The notes beneath the pieces are model-generated. The model did not search any database. It was not told where the DNA came from and worked only from the letters and a program-made list of their open reading frames with translations. A DNA stretch of 63,990 nt, counting the filler, from Licmophora abbreviata (Eukaryota): the NCBI GenBank assembly GCA_900291995.1. It is 11 parts of 11 records of this genome, joined end to end, with 100 filler letters (N's around TTAATTAATTAA, not from the genome) between each part and the next. Parts side by side here need not be neighbours in the genome. Positions count along the whole stretch, not along the records: positions 34,649 to 38,980 come from OLMU01005739.1; positions 39,081 to 44,498 come from OLMU01005740.1; positions 44,599 to 46,786 come from OLMU01005741.1; positions 46,887 to 51,367 come from OLMU01005742.1; 7 more parts are not named here. One strand, given 5' to 3'. A program made the position numbers and the translations under genes. Each line of letters opens with the position of its first letter. The stretch's first letter is position 1. Shown in pieces: positions 36,588-48,629 of the stretch.

Positions 36588-38485
36588 ATGTATCTGTCGC
36601 TGAGTGCGCTGCTGCTGATATTGTACTTTGGTCTGTTGGCTCTCTCGCTTTGGCAAGCGTCTCTTCCTTTGATTTCGTGTGACGATCCGAAGGCCAGATC
36701 TTGCCTCACATATCTGGTTACTTCGGGCGATGTGTTGAAATTGGAACTGTGGCTGTTTCAGGATGAACAAGATAGTAACAAGACCGACTCAAGGCTTCGC
36801 TGGACTCGGGTGGAATCGTGTACCTTTAACGTGACGCTTCCTCCGTCAGGATTGGTACCCACGCAAGTGACGAACGAGGCGTCGGTGTGCAATGTGACAC
36901 TGCCAGAATCCGCCCGCGTCCGATGGGCGTCTGCGACCGATAAATCCAGCAGGGGAGGACCCCTGGCTTCGAAGTTTCGGTTCCGGCTACCAAACAGAAA
37001 CGACGGCAGTCCTGGATCGATCGTGGCGGAAGTGCCGTTTCATCTCACAAGAATTGTCGAACGATCGGTGCAGCCCACAACGTGGACGTATGACTCGTCG
37101 CCACCGTCCAAAGCTCGAAACCTGTTGAAGCCGCCACCTGATACTGGACCTCAGAGACAGAAAGATGACGACGGTGCTGCGCATACACATATTCCCTTCC
37201 TTAAGTACGGCTCGCAGCCGGTCGTCATTCGCTTCGTGGCAGAGGAGAGATCCTACGGCGGCCCGCCGTTTGCCCGTTCCGATGGCGTCGAATTGTCCAT
37301 CGCCAACTGGAATCGAGGACGCTATCGTCCCATAATGTATATTGATGACAATGCACTACAACATGGTGCACAGCGTGAAATCGCTTCGCCAAATTATGGA
37401 ATCGGCAAACCTCCAATTCATCTCCAAATTCAGGTCGGCTCGCTCTCTCCGATGCGAGATGCGTTCAATCGACAAATCACCGTGGCCCTGCAGATGGGAG
37501 AATCGATGCTGCCAGGAAATGAGCTTGATGAACTCCGATATTGGCTTCGGGACGAACGTCTCTATCGGTTCATGGTGACCCAGATGATTTCCTTTGTGCA
37601 CGTATGGGTAAGTACGCCCCTGCTGCCACCTTTCACGTTGTTCCTTTCACGTTGCTCACCATCGTTTCGTCTTCCATCAATATCTACTCGTTTTATCGCA
37701 CTATGTTTTAGGTCGATTGGTTGGCGTTTCGCGACGAAGTCCGATTCTATCGGGGCAAGACACAGTTTGCGGGTGTGTCCGTATCCAGTGTCCTGACACG
37801 CTTACTTTGCTCGTTCATCATCTTTCTCTATCTGTTGGATGGTGGTGGAACGAGCTGGGTCGTCCTTTTGAGCGTGTTTAGTAGCGTCGCGGTCGATGCA
37901 TGGAAGGCTTGGCAGATGATACGCCCCACGTGGAGGTCGACCTTCCCATTCATAAGCGTACGTAGTGGAAGTGCATTGGAACAGACGACGGCAACGTACG
38001 ATCGGATAGCCATTGCGTACCTTGGACTGTTTCTCTATCCAGTGGTGATCGGGTGGTCCGTCTACGCGTTGCAACACTACGTCTACAGATCATGGTACTC
38101 TTGGCTCATATCAAACTTGGCGAATGCCGTGTATACGTTCGGCTTCATTGCTCTCTGTCCTCAGCTGTACGTTAACTATCGACTCAAGTCAGTCGCTCAT
38201 CTTCCGTGGAAAGTGTTCATGTACAAAGTTTTCAATACGTTTGTCGACGACGTCTTTGCATTCCTTATCGATATGCCATGGAAGCATCGAATCATGACAC
38301 TTCGAGACGATGTCGTTTTTGTCTTGTTCTTGATACAAGCTTACGTGTACCGAGTCGACAAGACGCGCACAAACGAGTTTGGTTATGCTTACGAGGAGCA
38401 CGGGGCAACGCTGGTGCCGGCGAAAGAAGTCAATGTCGCTGAAATCTCCAACGACGTCGCAGTCCGCAAAAACAAGGAGGACTAG
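36588..38485 (+). CDS. CLPTM1/CLPTM1L family membrane protein; intron 37608-37711
   Basis: LAFRDEVRFY, and FGFIALCPQLYVNYRLKSVAHLPWKVFMYKVFNTFVDDVFAFLIDMP..HR...RDD...YRVDKTRTNEFG. Confidence 0.92.
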
Positions 38486-39543
38486 TCGAAATCTGCGGTA
38501 TCATGTTCTCTCAGAACCGACGCGCCACGCATAGGCCTGACTCAATAGCGTTAGCAGCAGATGCTCTGAATGCTGCTCAACCTCTGCGGTATCGAAGACA
38601 ATCGAACGAAGGTACTCATCATTGATCAAGAAACAAAATTTGTGCCGCTAATCACTCAAGATCAGAGACTTAAAAGCTAGTCAACGTATCAGTGGTCCTC
38701 TCGGGGTATTTTAACACGTTTCAAGTCATTGTCAAAGCTCAGCTCTCGGAGCTCTAGAATCGCTCTATCTGTATTTTTTTCCGCGTGCGTAGAACAGATG
38801 GAATTGCGATGCCTCTCTTACATCAACTACTGGAGAAATTTCCCTGAAATAGCTGTCTAGAATGGCATCCCAAATCTCTAGTTATCGGATAACGTCGGCA
38901 TTCTTCGCACTGCTTCCAGACTGGAATCGACTCGACTGACTAGGGTACAGCTGGTTTCCTTTGCTGCTAAAGAGGTTTCGNNNNNNNNNNNNNNNNNNNN
39001 NNNNNNNNNNNNNNNNNNNNNNNNTTAATTAATTAANNNNNNNNNNNNNNNNNNNNNNNNNNNNNNNNNNNNNNNNNNNNGCATAGTACATCGACGAGTA
39101 TTCTGAAGTATCCACCACAGCAGATTGCAGCACAGTCGCCACATATTTATGAATATGTCGCCATCATCGTCCTCTTGCCTCTTGTCGTCTCGTCTGTGAT
39201 TGTCGTCATTGGTCATTGGTTGATTGTGTGGATCGACGAGAGTGATCGAGTCATCAGTCGAGTCACGATTGGATTGATTCGTGATTCAGTCGAGTCTTGG
39301 TAGGCACAGTCACAGTTTGTGAGTGACGGGCAGACGCATCGATTGGCGATGAGACGATGAGAGACGACGAGAGCGACAGACGACGACGTGTGATGACACC
39401 GATCAGCCTCTGTATGTTGATCTCTGATGTGCTTTTTGGGGAGATTTCGTTGTTGTTTTGAGCTGAGGAGAGCTGAAGCGACGTAAGAGGATGCGTACAG
39501 TCAGTTCAATCTCTACCCTCACTTCGAAATTGACTGACCCGAT

Positions 39544-42222
39544 ATGAGAAGCTTGTTGGTTGCCGCGTTGATTGTACTCGTCTCTATCGTGGCCCGGAGA
39601 ACGCCAGTCAATCTGGCTCACGGATTTGTTTTATACGGCGGAGATATCAGGTACCAACAAAAGTATGCTCCAGTTTGTAATCCCGGCGGTGACTTCGTCC
39701 ATGCGACTATATCTTCCAAATACCCTTCACTCATTTCGTTGCGGGCAAGCTCTTCTTCGAGGGAAGAGTCTACAGGAACATACACATTCGTACAGGACTT
39801 GCTCAGAGAGAACGGGTACGGACAACGACTACTCACGCTGTCCAGAAGTCAGCTGCCTGTGGTTGCGGAGCTATTCAGTCATGGTCGATTCGAGCTGTGT
39901 CGAATTTTGTCGTTAGTGCCTTCGTCAAAAGAAAATTCTCCTCCTCTTGCAAGAGTGAGTCTTCTTGCCAACGAAAATGATGACGGGCAGCTTGTTGATT
40001 TGGGTCAGATCACTACGATATGGGAACGTGGTATGACAACCGAGCTGCAAGACTCGTGGAAACAAGTTGTGCGGTGTGAGCTCGACCGATTTCCCGTGCA
40101 GCACAGTGAGCACACCATGCACCGCCTATACAACAGTGTTCAGGGAAGGGCGGGGTCGTCGAATATTGGTTTGAGCAAGAAACAGATTTCCTCTATTGTG
40201 GCCAACACTCCGGAACACGTACAGTCGCTGGTGGATGGTTTGCTAAGGAAAGTCGTCAAGACTGGTAGGGGAATGTCGCGATTGATTGATTCTTCGGTTG
40301 CAATGGACTTCTTGTACGAAGATTACCCAAAACAAGGAGTCGAAGCAATGCGTCGTCAAATTGTAGGTGCTTCCGTCTTGGCAGACGATGCAGCTTTGGG
40401 CGGTCGCTTCAAGCGCATGGGCTCCAGCTTTGTCTCTTCATCGTACGATACCGGAGGGGAACTGGATCAAGTGACCATAATCAATGGCGGATGGCTGGCC
40501 GTGGACCAGAGTGTGCGAGTCGGCACCGAAGCGCGAAAGTTCGCCGGTAGATCAGCTGTTGACCCCAGAGATGGTGAGCCAACGATGGCAGAACAGCAAT
40601 TGAGAACAGCTGCAGACGAGCGAATTGCGCAACGACTCGAGTGTCTCGCTATGGGTGAAGTGTTCTCCGCTAAATCGAACCACAATATTGCCGCAAAGGA
40701 AGGGGACCGCAAGTTGGAACAAGATGTTGGAGATGCCCTCAAAGCGATGGATCTGCCCGCGACTCCTGAAGGAGCAAGGGGGGCTCTTGTACGAATAGGA
40801 AGGTGGTCCGAGGGGTCTGGCAACATAAAGCTTGAGCCATGGGGGCGAGAAACTCTGGACGCAGCCGTTGAATACGCAGAGCTAGACGGAATCAGAAGAG
40901 AAAATATTTACCAGCAGATCTCTTCAGACAAGGCCGATGGGGCGGAAGGACGCGTGAATCTGACAAGGCTGCCATGCATTTGCATCGATGCGAAACGAAC
41001 GTCGTTCCGTGATGACGCAATCGGGATACGTGCGAGATCTAGTACCGGTCGCAAAATTCTGGAAGGGGCATCCAAATGGGAGATCCTTGTACATGTCGCA
41101 GACGTTTCAGACATATATAGTCCCGCAGCAAATTTACCATGCAACAAGAGCGTTGTCGATCTCTTGCGGGACGCAGCTGCCAGTCGTGGAGAAAGCAGGT
41201 ACGACCTGCCGCTTGGACCTCTGCATCTCCTGCCACCTGTGGTGCTCGATGCACTCTCTCTCGAAACAGTAAGTATAGCATCGTGGAATGAGACCCCGTC
41301 CCCAACAAGGCAGCACAAAGCACCCATCAATCGCTGCTTGACGCTTTGGGCATACATTGACGAGAAAGACGGAAAATTGTTAGACGCCGGCGTTGAACGA
41401 TCGCTAATCTCAACTCCTTTGGCCTTAAACTTTGCACAATCGACTTCGCTTCTGGAAGGCAAAGTCGATGGTGGCGCACAGAAGAAAGCAATGACCATGC
41501 TTACTGTTGTGGAGCGAAATCTTCTATTATGGACAGAACGCCACCAGAAAGAAAATGGTGCCGCCAAAAAACGAGAAGAGCGTCTTTCGGCGAGAGAGCT
41601 TGTCGCCATGGAGAGTCTTGACGCTAGGAATCGCGACGACGGGCGATCAGGGTTCCAACGAACGCGTGGGCATCGTCTCGTTGATGCTTCACTGAACTTG
41701 TATGGATTCACGCTTGCCCGACTGATGCGTCGAGCCCACGCTGCTGTCCCTTGGGTTGCAGGAAGTGGGGCGTCTCGAGGCGGCCGTATCGGAACTGCAC
41801 CGTTGCGGCGATTCGTTGATGGCGTAGCGCAGCGACAGGCACTTTCAGCGCTGTGCGACTACGGGGGCTCTCTCATGTCGAAGGAAGAATGTATCGAGGT
41901 CGGAAAAATTGCAACCCAAGCAAAGAACAAGCTGAACAACATCCGATCCATGACGCGGAAGGAAGGAGCTGCGCGACCAGTCAATGATCGTCAGAGACAG
42001 GCCTTGCGACTCCTACAATCGCAACTGTCAGACCGGAACCGTCCTCTCCCAGCAATTAGCTCGGGGCGACACAACGAGGTAGTGATCTCTGGAGTTGGCG
42101 CGGTAGCGAAGTGTGGTGGAATCAAGGGTACGATCAAGCCCGGTGAGCGGATCATGGTCCGGGTCAAGAAGCTTGACTCAGCTAAGGGGACACTCTCAGT
42201 CGAGCTGGTAAACGATAGCTAG
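39544..42222 (+). CDS. RNB-domain (RNase II/R family) protein with signal peptide, probably plastid-targeted; divergent active site
   Basis: Motifs CIDAKRTSFRDDAIG, ILVHVADV and TAPLRRFVD; S1-like C-terminus; hydrophobic N-terminus ending AHG-F. Confidence 0.82.
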   Translation: MRSLLVAALIVLVSIVARRTPVNLAHGFVLYGGDIRYQQKYAPVCNPGGDFVHATISSKYPSLISLRASSSSREESTGTYTFVQDLLRENGYGQRLLTLSRSQLPVVAELFSHGRFELCRILSLVPSSKENSPPLARVSLLANENDDGQLVDLGQITTIWERGMTTELQDSWKQVVRCELDRFPVQHSEHTMHRLYNSVQGRAGSSNIGLSKKQISSIVANTPEHVQSLVDGLLRKVVKTGRGMSRLIDSSVAMDFLYEDYPKQGVEAMRRQIVGASVLADDAALGGRFKRMGSSFVSSSYDTGGELDQVTIINGGWLAVDQSVRVGTEARKFAGRSAVDPRDGEPTMAEQQLRTAADERIAQRLECLAMGEVFSAKSNHNIAAKEGDRKLEQDVGDALKAMDLPATPEGARGALVRIGRWSEGSGNIKLEPWGRETLDAAVEYAELDGIRRENIYQQISSDKADGAEGRVNLTRLPCICIDAKRTSFRDDAIGIRARSSTGRKILEGASKWEILVHVADVSDIYSPAANLPCNKSVVDLLRDAAASRGESRYDLPLGPLHLLPPVVLDALSLETVSIASWNETPSPTRQHKAPINRCLTLWAYIDEKDGKLLDAGVERSLISTPLALNFAQSTSLLEGKVDGGAQKKAMTMLTVVERNLLLWTERHQKENGAAKKREERLSARELVAMESLDARNRDDGRSGFQRTRGHRLVDASLNLYGFTLARLMRRAHAAVPWVAGSGASRGGRIGTAPLRRFVDGVAQRQALSALCDYGGSLMSKEECIEVGKIATQAKNKLNNIRSMTRKEGAARPVNDRQRQALRLLQSQLSDRNRPLPAISSGRHNEVVISGVGAVAKCGGIKGTIKPGERIMVRVKKLDSAKGTLSVELVNDS

Positions 42223-42557
42223 CGTGAATGAAGCTTGATTTATGTGACTCTATGACCCTGTTCATTATCGTTGATAAATTGTGCACACTAGCGACCGCAG
42301 AGGCGATATCCACAGGACGTGCTGGGAAATATGTTTTAGATTGTGACTCAATTCGGCCAGTCCCGGGGGGTCGAGCTAGAAACCTGGTATGCGAGCCCGA
42401 TGCGAGCTACGAGTACTCGAGTAAGCAATTATGGGTGGACGACGATATCTTTTTACGGCGCCGCCGTGTCTCAGTGATCACTCATCATCAAAGGCATCAC
42501 ACATACATACATGTCAAGCAATTCGGACTCGCACTCGATCGTATCCCTCTTTCGCAT

Positions 42558-43004
42558 ATGATGGAAAAAATCATGGCAGAAGTGGACAGAGTCGCCGCTC
42601 GCGTGTCAATGGCGGGCGCGGTTGGCTTTGTTTCGGGGGCATCGCTTGCAACGTATCGCGGAACACCCAAACTTGTGACCGCCATGCACGTTGCCGGTTC
42701 TTTTGTCTTGGTGGGGACTGCATGTTTTGGAACCGAACGGATTGCCAATACTGTGCTCAAGGAGACCTCCCCGTTGTTGCCGGAATCGACTCGCTTGTAT
42801 ACTTCTCATGGGTTTGGAGGTCTCACGGGCGGCGCCATTGCGGGTGGCTTGTACCAAGGATGGCCAGTTCCTGGAATGATGTTCTTCACTCCAATTATGC
42901 TTGCAATCGCGGTCGCGGAGCTGCGATATGAAGAGATTCGAGACGAAAAGCTGACCGAAATAAAGGTCTCTCTGGATGCTCAAACGAGAAGACGGAACAA
43001 CTAG
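42558..43004 (+). CDS. Small Gly-rich multi-pass membrane protein (Tim17/22/23-like or NDUFA11-like)
   Basis: About 148 aa with several GxxxG-containing hydrophobic helices. Confidence 0.6.
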   Translation: MMEKIMAEVDRVAARVSMAGAVGFVSGASLATYRGTPKLVTAMHVAGSFVLVGTACFGTERIANTVLKETSPLLPESTRLYTSHGFGGLTGGAIAGGLYQGWPVPGMMFFTPIMLAIAVAELRYEEIRDEKLTEIKVSLDAQTRRRNN

Positions 43005-44201
43005 AGAGCGATCTGTTTGCTACGCAGGACGAAGAGACATCAGTGAATGAGCCTCGGCTTGCTGAATCGCCACTCAGACTACTCATCTCGCTGACTCATT
43101 GTGTGCGACAAAACGCCTTTGAACAGCTGTCTGGCATTCTGTGTCGTTTCGGAGTATGGGATAGTTGGAAACAAATAAGACGATCGATCTGAGGTTCGAG
43201 ACGCATCACACGGGTGCTCTGTCCCCTTTCTTTCGCAATAGGTCGTTTGCGAATCCTCACTGTACTCAACCCCACCGAAGCGACTGCGCTATTGAGCTTA
43301 CTTTTGCCGTTCTGCTTTTCGGATCAGGGTGTCCGATTGTCGCAACAGCTCCTTGACGCTATAATTCGATCCTTGACGTATGTCACTCAATTGTGCCTTG
43401 GCTTATTCCCAAAGAGAAGAGGATCCATCCTTTCCATCGCCGCCGGTTCGCCTTCTTCCACCGATTGGTGGTGGTGGGAGAAGGGATTGAAGCTCGCCAT
43501 TCCCGTCGAATCTATCTGGCCTTCGATCTCATCATGTACCTATTAAATTTCGACCTTCTATCATCGGGAAAGTCTTGGATAGTTTCCACATCGGAGAGTT
43601 GAGCTGCGACAGAATGTGGCTTCCCGCGGCGACCTTGACTGCTTCTCTACTAGCTACCCTTGGGTGTTTGCATCAACACGTTTATAATGAACAGCTGTTA
43701 GTTAGGCATATGCAGACAGACTGCTACATAGTAGATGACTGAATCTCCATAACTTCGCCACTAATGCATTGGAACTCGTTCTTGAGAAAAGGAGGCTGGG
43801 GGATGAAACGGCACAGCGAACAAATGATGTTCCGACCAGACTCCCGCCCCTTTTCGAGATTTATTGCGCAGAAGGCCACGCGTCGCTCGCCATGAGGGGT
43901 ACTCGAGTGAGTACTAATACTCTAGATAACAAATGTTCGTATACGAGAGAGACCTTGTGGAAAATTTATTCGATCATGGTGCTTTTCATCAATAAACGAG
44001 CCTCGGCATACTGAACTGTCACTCAGCCTGCTCATCTCCCCGATTCGTGAGGAAAAGACTTTGAAGCTGCAACTGTCTCGTATTCTGTGTCGCATCCTGT
44101 CGCTTCGGGGTATTCAGAAGTTTTGGGAATGCTCCTAGCCTAATTCGAGTGTAGGGTGGCTACACCACTTCACGAATTGCTCTCTCACTATTCAATTAAG
44201 G

Positions 44202-44237
44202 GTCAAGCCTGAGTACACGTCAAGCCTGAGTACACGT
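44202..44237. repeat. 17-bp perfect tandem duplication (GTCAAGCCTGAGTACAC x2)
   Basis: Directly visible in a gene-poor intergenic stretch. Confidence 0.85.
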
Positions 44238-44743
44238 ACCTGATGTGGAATCATTCATGCATCTCCTCTCTACTACCGTCTTAGGTATTACTAGAAGTCT
44301 ATAGTGTATAGTTGCGTTCAACTCCTCAGGTATTGCAATGATTGTTTAACAGTTATGGTAGAAGGAATTCGACAACAGATGGAATCAATCTTGCAATCTT
44401 GTGTGGGTTCCGCGCGTCCTGTTGACGACAGACGACGAGATGCGATAACTGTTAAACAATCATTGCAATCGCAGCTCACATCACACAACCCTGCAACGNN
44501 NNNNNNNNNNNNNNNNNNNNNNNNNNNNNNNNNNNNNNNNNNTTAATTAATTAANNNNNNNNNNNNNNNNNNNNNNNNNNNNNNNNNNNNNNNNNNNNCA
44601 CTATTTTTTTGGTCAAAACTTGGAAAGACACAAAGTAGAAGTTTGAAAGTGTCGACGTAGAAATCGTGAAGCTTGCCAAGAAGGATAGAGGGATCGCCAA
44701 GCAAGTGTCAGCAGTCTTCCTTTCATTGAGCGACACGCTAGCA

Positions 44744-47080
44744 ATGGAAGAGTTCATCGAATGTCTCTCGCACCCGGAGGAAACGCTCCTGCCGCTGCTG
44801 TTCCCAAACCAAGGGTTGCCTGGGCATGTCACCGCGCTACAGCTACGTTTGGTCTGTCAGTCTCTTTTCAAGGAAATAGAAAGGTTGGCAACATCTCACG
44901 CATCTCTCAATGGAAACCCCGATTCTACGGGATCTTTATCAGGCTTGGAGGAGCTCTATTTGGGATCAGACGCTTCTCACCATGTTGATGCCGAGACGTT
45001 GTGGGGTCAAGTGGAACTACAAAACGATGCGCTTCATTCACTCTTAAGACCGGCGATCAAGAAGCTGATCAGGGTGGTTGAAAAGGGAGATGGGTGCGAT
45101 ATTCGTCTTTTGGAAATTGGCGAGGTGATGAGCGAGAATGAAAGTTCCCAAAACGAAGTGGACGATACACTTGACCACGAGGAAGATCCAGAGGAAGAAA
45201 CCCACCGCATTCGAGCTCGAATGGAAAAAGCTATGGCTGATCTGGACGACGAATCAAGCGCAGATCAGGAAGAACCAATGCAGAATCAACCGCGGCCTAT
45301 AGAATCTGACCAGAATTCTCTGGAGGACCCTGCTGCCGAGGAATTGAACGACGGCTTCTTCAACATCCATGAGATGGAAGCATTTGCTGACGAGGAAGAA
45401 GACTATCTGCCTGATGAAGCCTTTGGTCAGGCGAATACTGTGAAAGCCGACGAAGAGCCCAAGAAGTCGTTCCATCAGCGACAAAGAGAGGGTGACCTAA
45501 GCTCGGGAGACGATAGCGATGAGGAAACAGCCAGATTCCGACAAGGCGGTAACGACATCAGACGGCGCAAATATCGAGAAGACGACGAAGTAGATGTTCT
45601 GTATAGTTTGTATGACGACGAGCAGAATGACGACGAGGATAGCGCTGTGAATATGACTGCACAAGATTTGTTTGGAAAACCGAACAAGAAGTACTTTGAA
45701 ACATGGCAGTCAAAGCATAATCTCAAGCGCGCGACCGAGCTTGAAGACGATGAGTTTGAAGATGAAGGACCTGGTTGGAGGGATGAAGATGGCGACAATG
45801 ATAAGATCAACGAAGATGACTTGATCGTGGATGAGCAGGAGGACGACGGTGAAGCGAAGCAAGCGGGAAAGTTGCGGCCTCCAGAACCGTCACACAGCAA
45901 ACAATCGGACAAGTTAAATTTTCAGACAATGCAGGTCGAACAAGAGCTTCTAGCGGAAAAGCCGTGGCAAATGATTGGCGAGGCTAAAGGGGCGTCGCGT
46001 CCTGTGAACTCGTTGCTAGAGGCTGCACCGGAGTTCGAGGTTGCAACGAAAACAGCGCCGCTCATTACTGTCGAACACACGGCTAGCCTTGAAGATGTCA
46101 TCACTAATCGAATCATCAGCGAGGACTGGGACAATGTGGTTCCTCGAGAACTCCCCGACGTTGGCTGGAACAAGAAACGAGGAGAACTACCAGAAGTCAG
46201 CCAAGAAAAGTCGAAACTAGGCTTGGGTGAGCTCTACGAGCGTGAATATCTTAAGAAAGCGGTTGGATATGATGTCGACGCTGCTGAGAAACAGACCGAA
46301 GAAGAGAAGGCCCAAACCGAGATGAAAGCCCTTTTTGCGAACTTGTGCAGCAAGCTCGATGCCCTGTCTAACTATCATTTTGCGCCTCGGCCTGTTTCTG
46401 ATGAAGCGGAGGTTCGACCAGTCACCACGCCTGCTATAGCCATGGAGGAGGTTATGCCGCTCCATGTCAGTGATGCTCGTGGCGTCGCTCCGGAAGAGGT
46501 GTACGGGATGAAGAAGAGACGCGATGGCGTCGTACGCGGGGGATCAGAGCTTGACCAGGTAAGCGTGACCACGCTCGATGTCGGCAAAGTGCAGCTAATT
46601 CGAGGCTTTGTAAAGTGTACTCACTCGGTCTATCACTCGTTTTCCCAGACTGAACGCAAGAGACTCCGAGGTGCTAAAAAGACTGCCCGACGAAAGGCTC
46701 GAAAACAGAAGCTGGTGGATGAAAAACTGCTATCCAAGCTGCAACCTGGTCTCGGACTAAACAACCCTTACGAGAAACGAAAGATGNNNNNNNNNNNNNN
46801 NNNNNNNNNNNNNNNNNNNNNNNNNNNNNNTTAATTAATTAANNNNNNNNNNNNNNNNNNNNNNNNNNNNNNNNNNNNNNNNNNNNCAATGGCACGCTCT
46901 AGTGGCAAGCTCTCCTCTGGTCAACGGGACACCGATGTGAAGTATGGGGCAAGCACCACGTTCTTCAAGAGACTCCAAGAAGAGACGGAGCGATCTGTTC
47001 GGGGCAGTACTGAGGACACAAGAAAGCGGAAGCGAGCTGACAAGGCCTCGGGTGGAAAATCTAGCGCGTATAAACTGTAG
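44744..47080 (+). CDS. MPP10: U3 snoRNP protein MPP10; intron 46559-46648; gap 46787-46886
   Basis: Motifs LNDGFFNIHEMEAF, KPWQMIGE...RPVNSLLE, SKLGLGELYEREY and LDALSNYHFAP; ends SSAYKL*. Confidence 0.93.
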
Positions 47081-47109
47081 AAGCTACGGCTGTACGGACA
47101 TTTAGTGCT

Positions 47110-48204
47110 CTATTTAGTGTGGGCGCGTCTGAGCTCCTGGCGCAGCACCGCAATGTGTTCGGGGGTGATACCGCAACATCCGCCGATCATTTGTACGCCG
47201 AACGTTCTTGTCCAGTCCAAGACGAAGTCATTGGAGTACCGTTCTGGACTCAGGTCGTCGCGCATTGGCTGCGCTGTATCATACTCTTTTAGCGTCCAGT
47301 CTTCTGGCACAGGAGTTAGTCTATTCGCGTAAGCTCCGAGAACGATGCCTCTCTCAGCCATGAGCTTCACTACCGTGGAGTCGGACACTAATGTCTGCAA
47401 GCCTCGGCTGATGGCCTCCGGCTCGGCGCAGTTGAGCATGACACCAAGCACTGTCGCGTAGCAATTACAACTCGTTAGATGGTAACCAACTCAAGCACGT
47501 TGGTAACCTCATGGAGCACTATTAGCAGACTTACAGTTCACGCCATGCAGTGCCGCAAAGTCGAAAAGTCGACGCAAGCCTTCATTGACGAGCTCTCCTG
47601 ATCGCAACCGACCCTTCGTATCCAACGTAAACGACACCATCAAAGGTCTTGCGTTCTGATCACATAGCGCCCCGACAGCTTCCACCGCTTGAGTGCATTC
47701 CTCGTAGGACGACATCGTTTCTGCCAGGAAACAGTCAACGTATGGCGACAGAGCGTCGGCAATCACCTTGTAGATGACTGTCCCCTCTGTGTGCGGCAAG
47801 ATGAGATCTGGGCGGTAGCTCTCCACCAACGGCCCCATGGATCCCAAAACGAGCGCCGTCGTTTGTCCATTGTCGTTCTCAGCGGCGCTACGAGCTATCT
47901 GTCCTGCAGTAGCAACATGTCGCTTGATTTCAGGCAAAGAGAAGCCTACCCCCGGCACTATGCCGTAGGAGTTGACAGTGATAGCCTCCGATCCCGAGTC
48001 GATAAATGACTGATGGACCTTCTTGAGCGTCTCGTGATACTCTGGCCTGACGACAGCTGTAGCACTCCAAATCTTGCGGTCATCCGGAACGCCTTGAACG
48101 AAAAGCTCTTCGCCCGTCCCTCCGTCGAGAATCAACAGCTCGTCCTTGCTTCGGCGGAGTCGCTCGAAGGTTCGATGAATCAAATCTGGATTCACTCCAG
48201 CCAT
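47110..48204 (-). CDS. Homocysteine S-methyltransferase family protein; intron 47451-47534 (start could be further upstream at 48330/48339)
   Basis: Motifs LILDGGTGEEL, GSMGP and LAETMS; Zn ligands in LNC and IGGCCG. Confidence 0.9.
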
Positions 48205-48629
48205 TCCGGCACGCGTCACCAAGCTTCTGGAGATCAAGACACTTGTGGAGAGGACCGCAGCTGTCTTCATTGGATCACTGCTGCCTGGTAGAGCGAGATG
48301 AGGCGAGTCAGTCGAGTCGCCTGTCGCCATGGTGCCCATGTGTCGCGATCTTTTGCTTTGATAAAAATCTTTGGCGGGAACTCGTGTCGGCGGCAAGTTT
48401 TGAGCTGTCCATCAGGATTCCTTTTCAAACTTACTGAACCCATGCTAAAAGGAATCCAGCGTTTCAACAGATTCAGGACCTCTAGCCGCCACCGAAATGT
48501 GATGGCGCCAAAAACAACAAAAATGAACCAGAAGCACCGCATCGAGCACACCCTCTGAATGGTTGCCGACCTCTTTGTGCATTGCCTGGCCTGTTTTGGA
48601 CTTGGAGAAACTCTAGTACAGTGCCTTCC

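Noticed and set aside
39081..39216. Short minus-strand ORF running into a gap
   Set aside because: It could be a truncated gene start but is too short and featureless to support.
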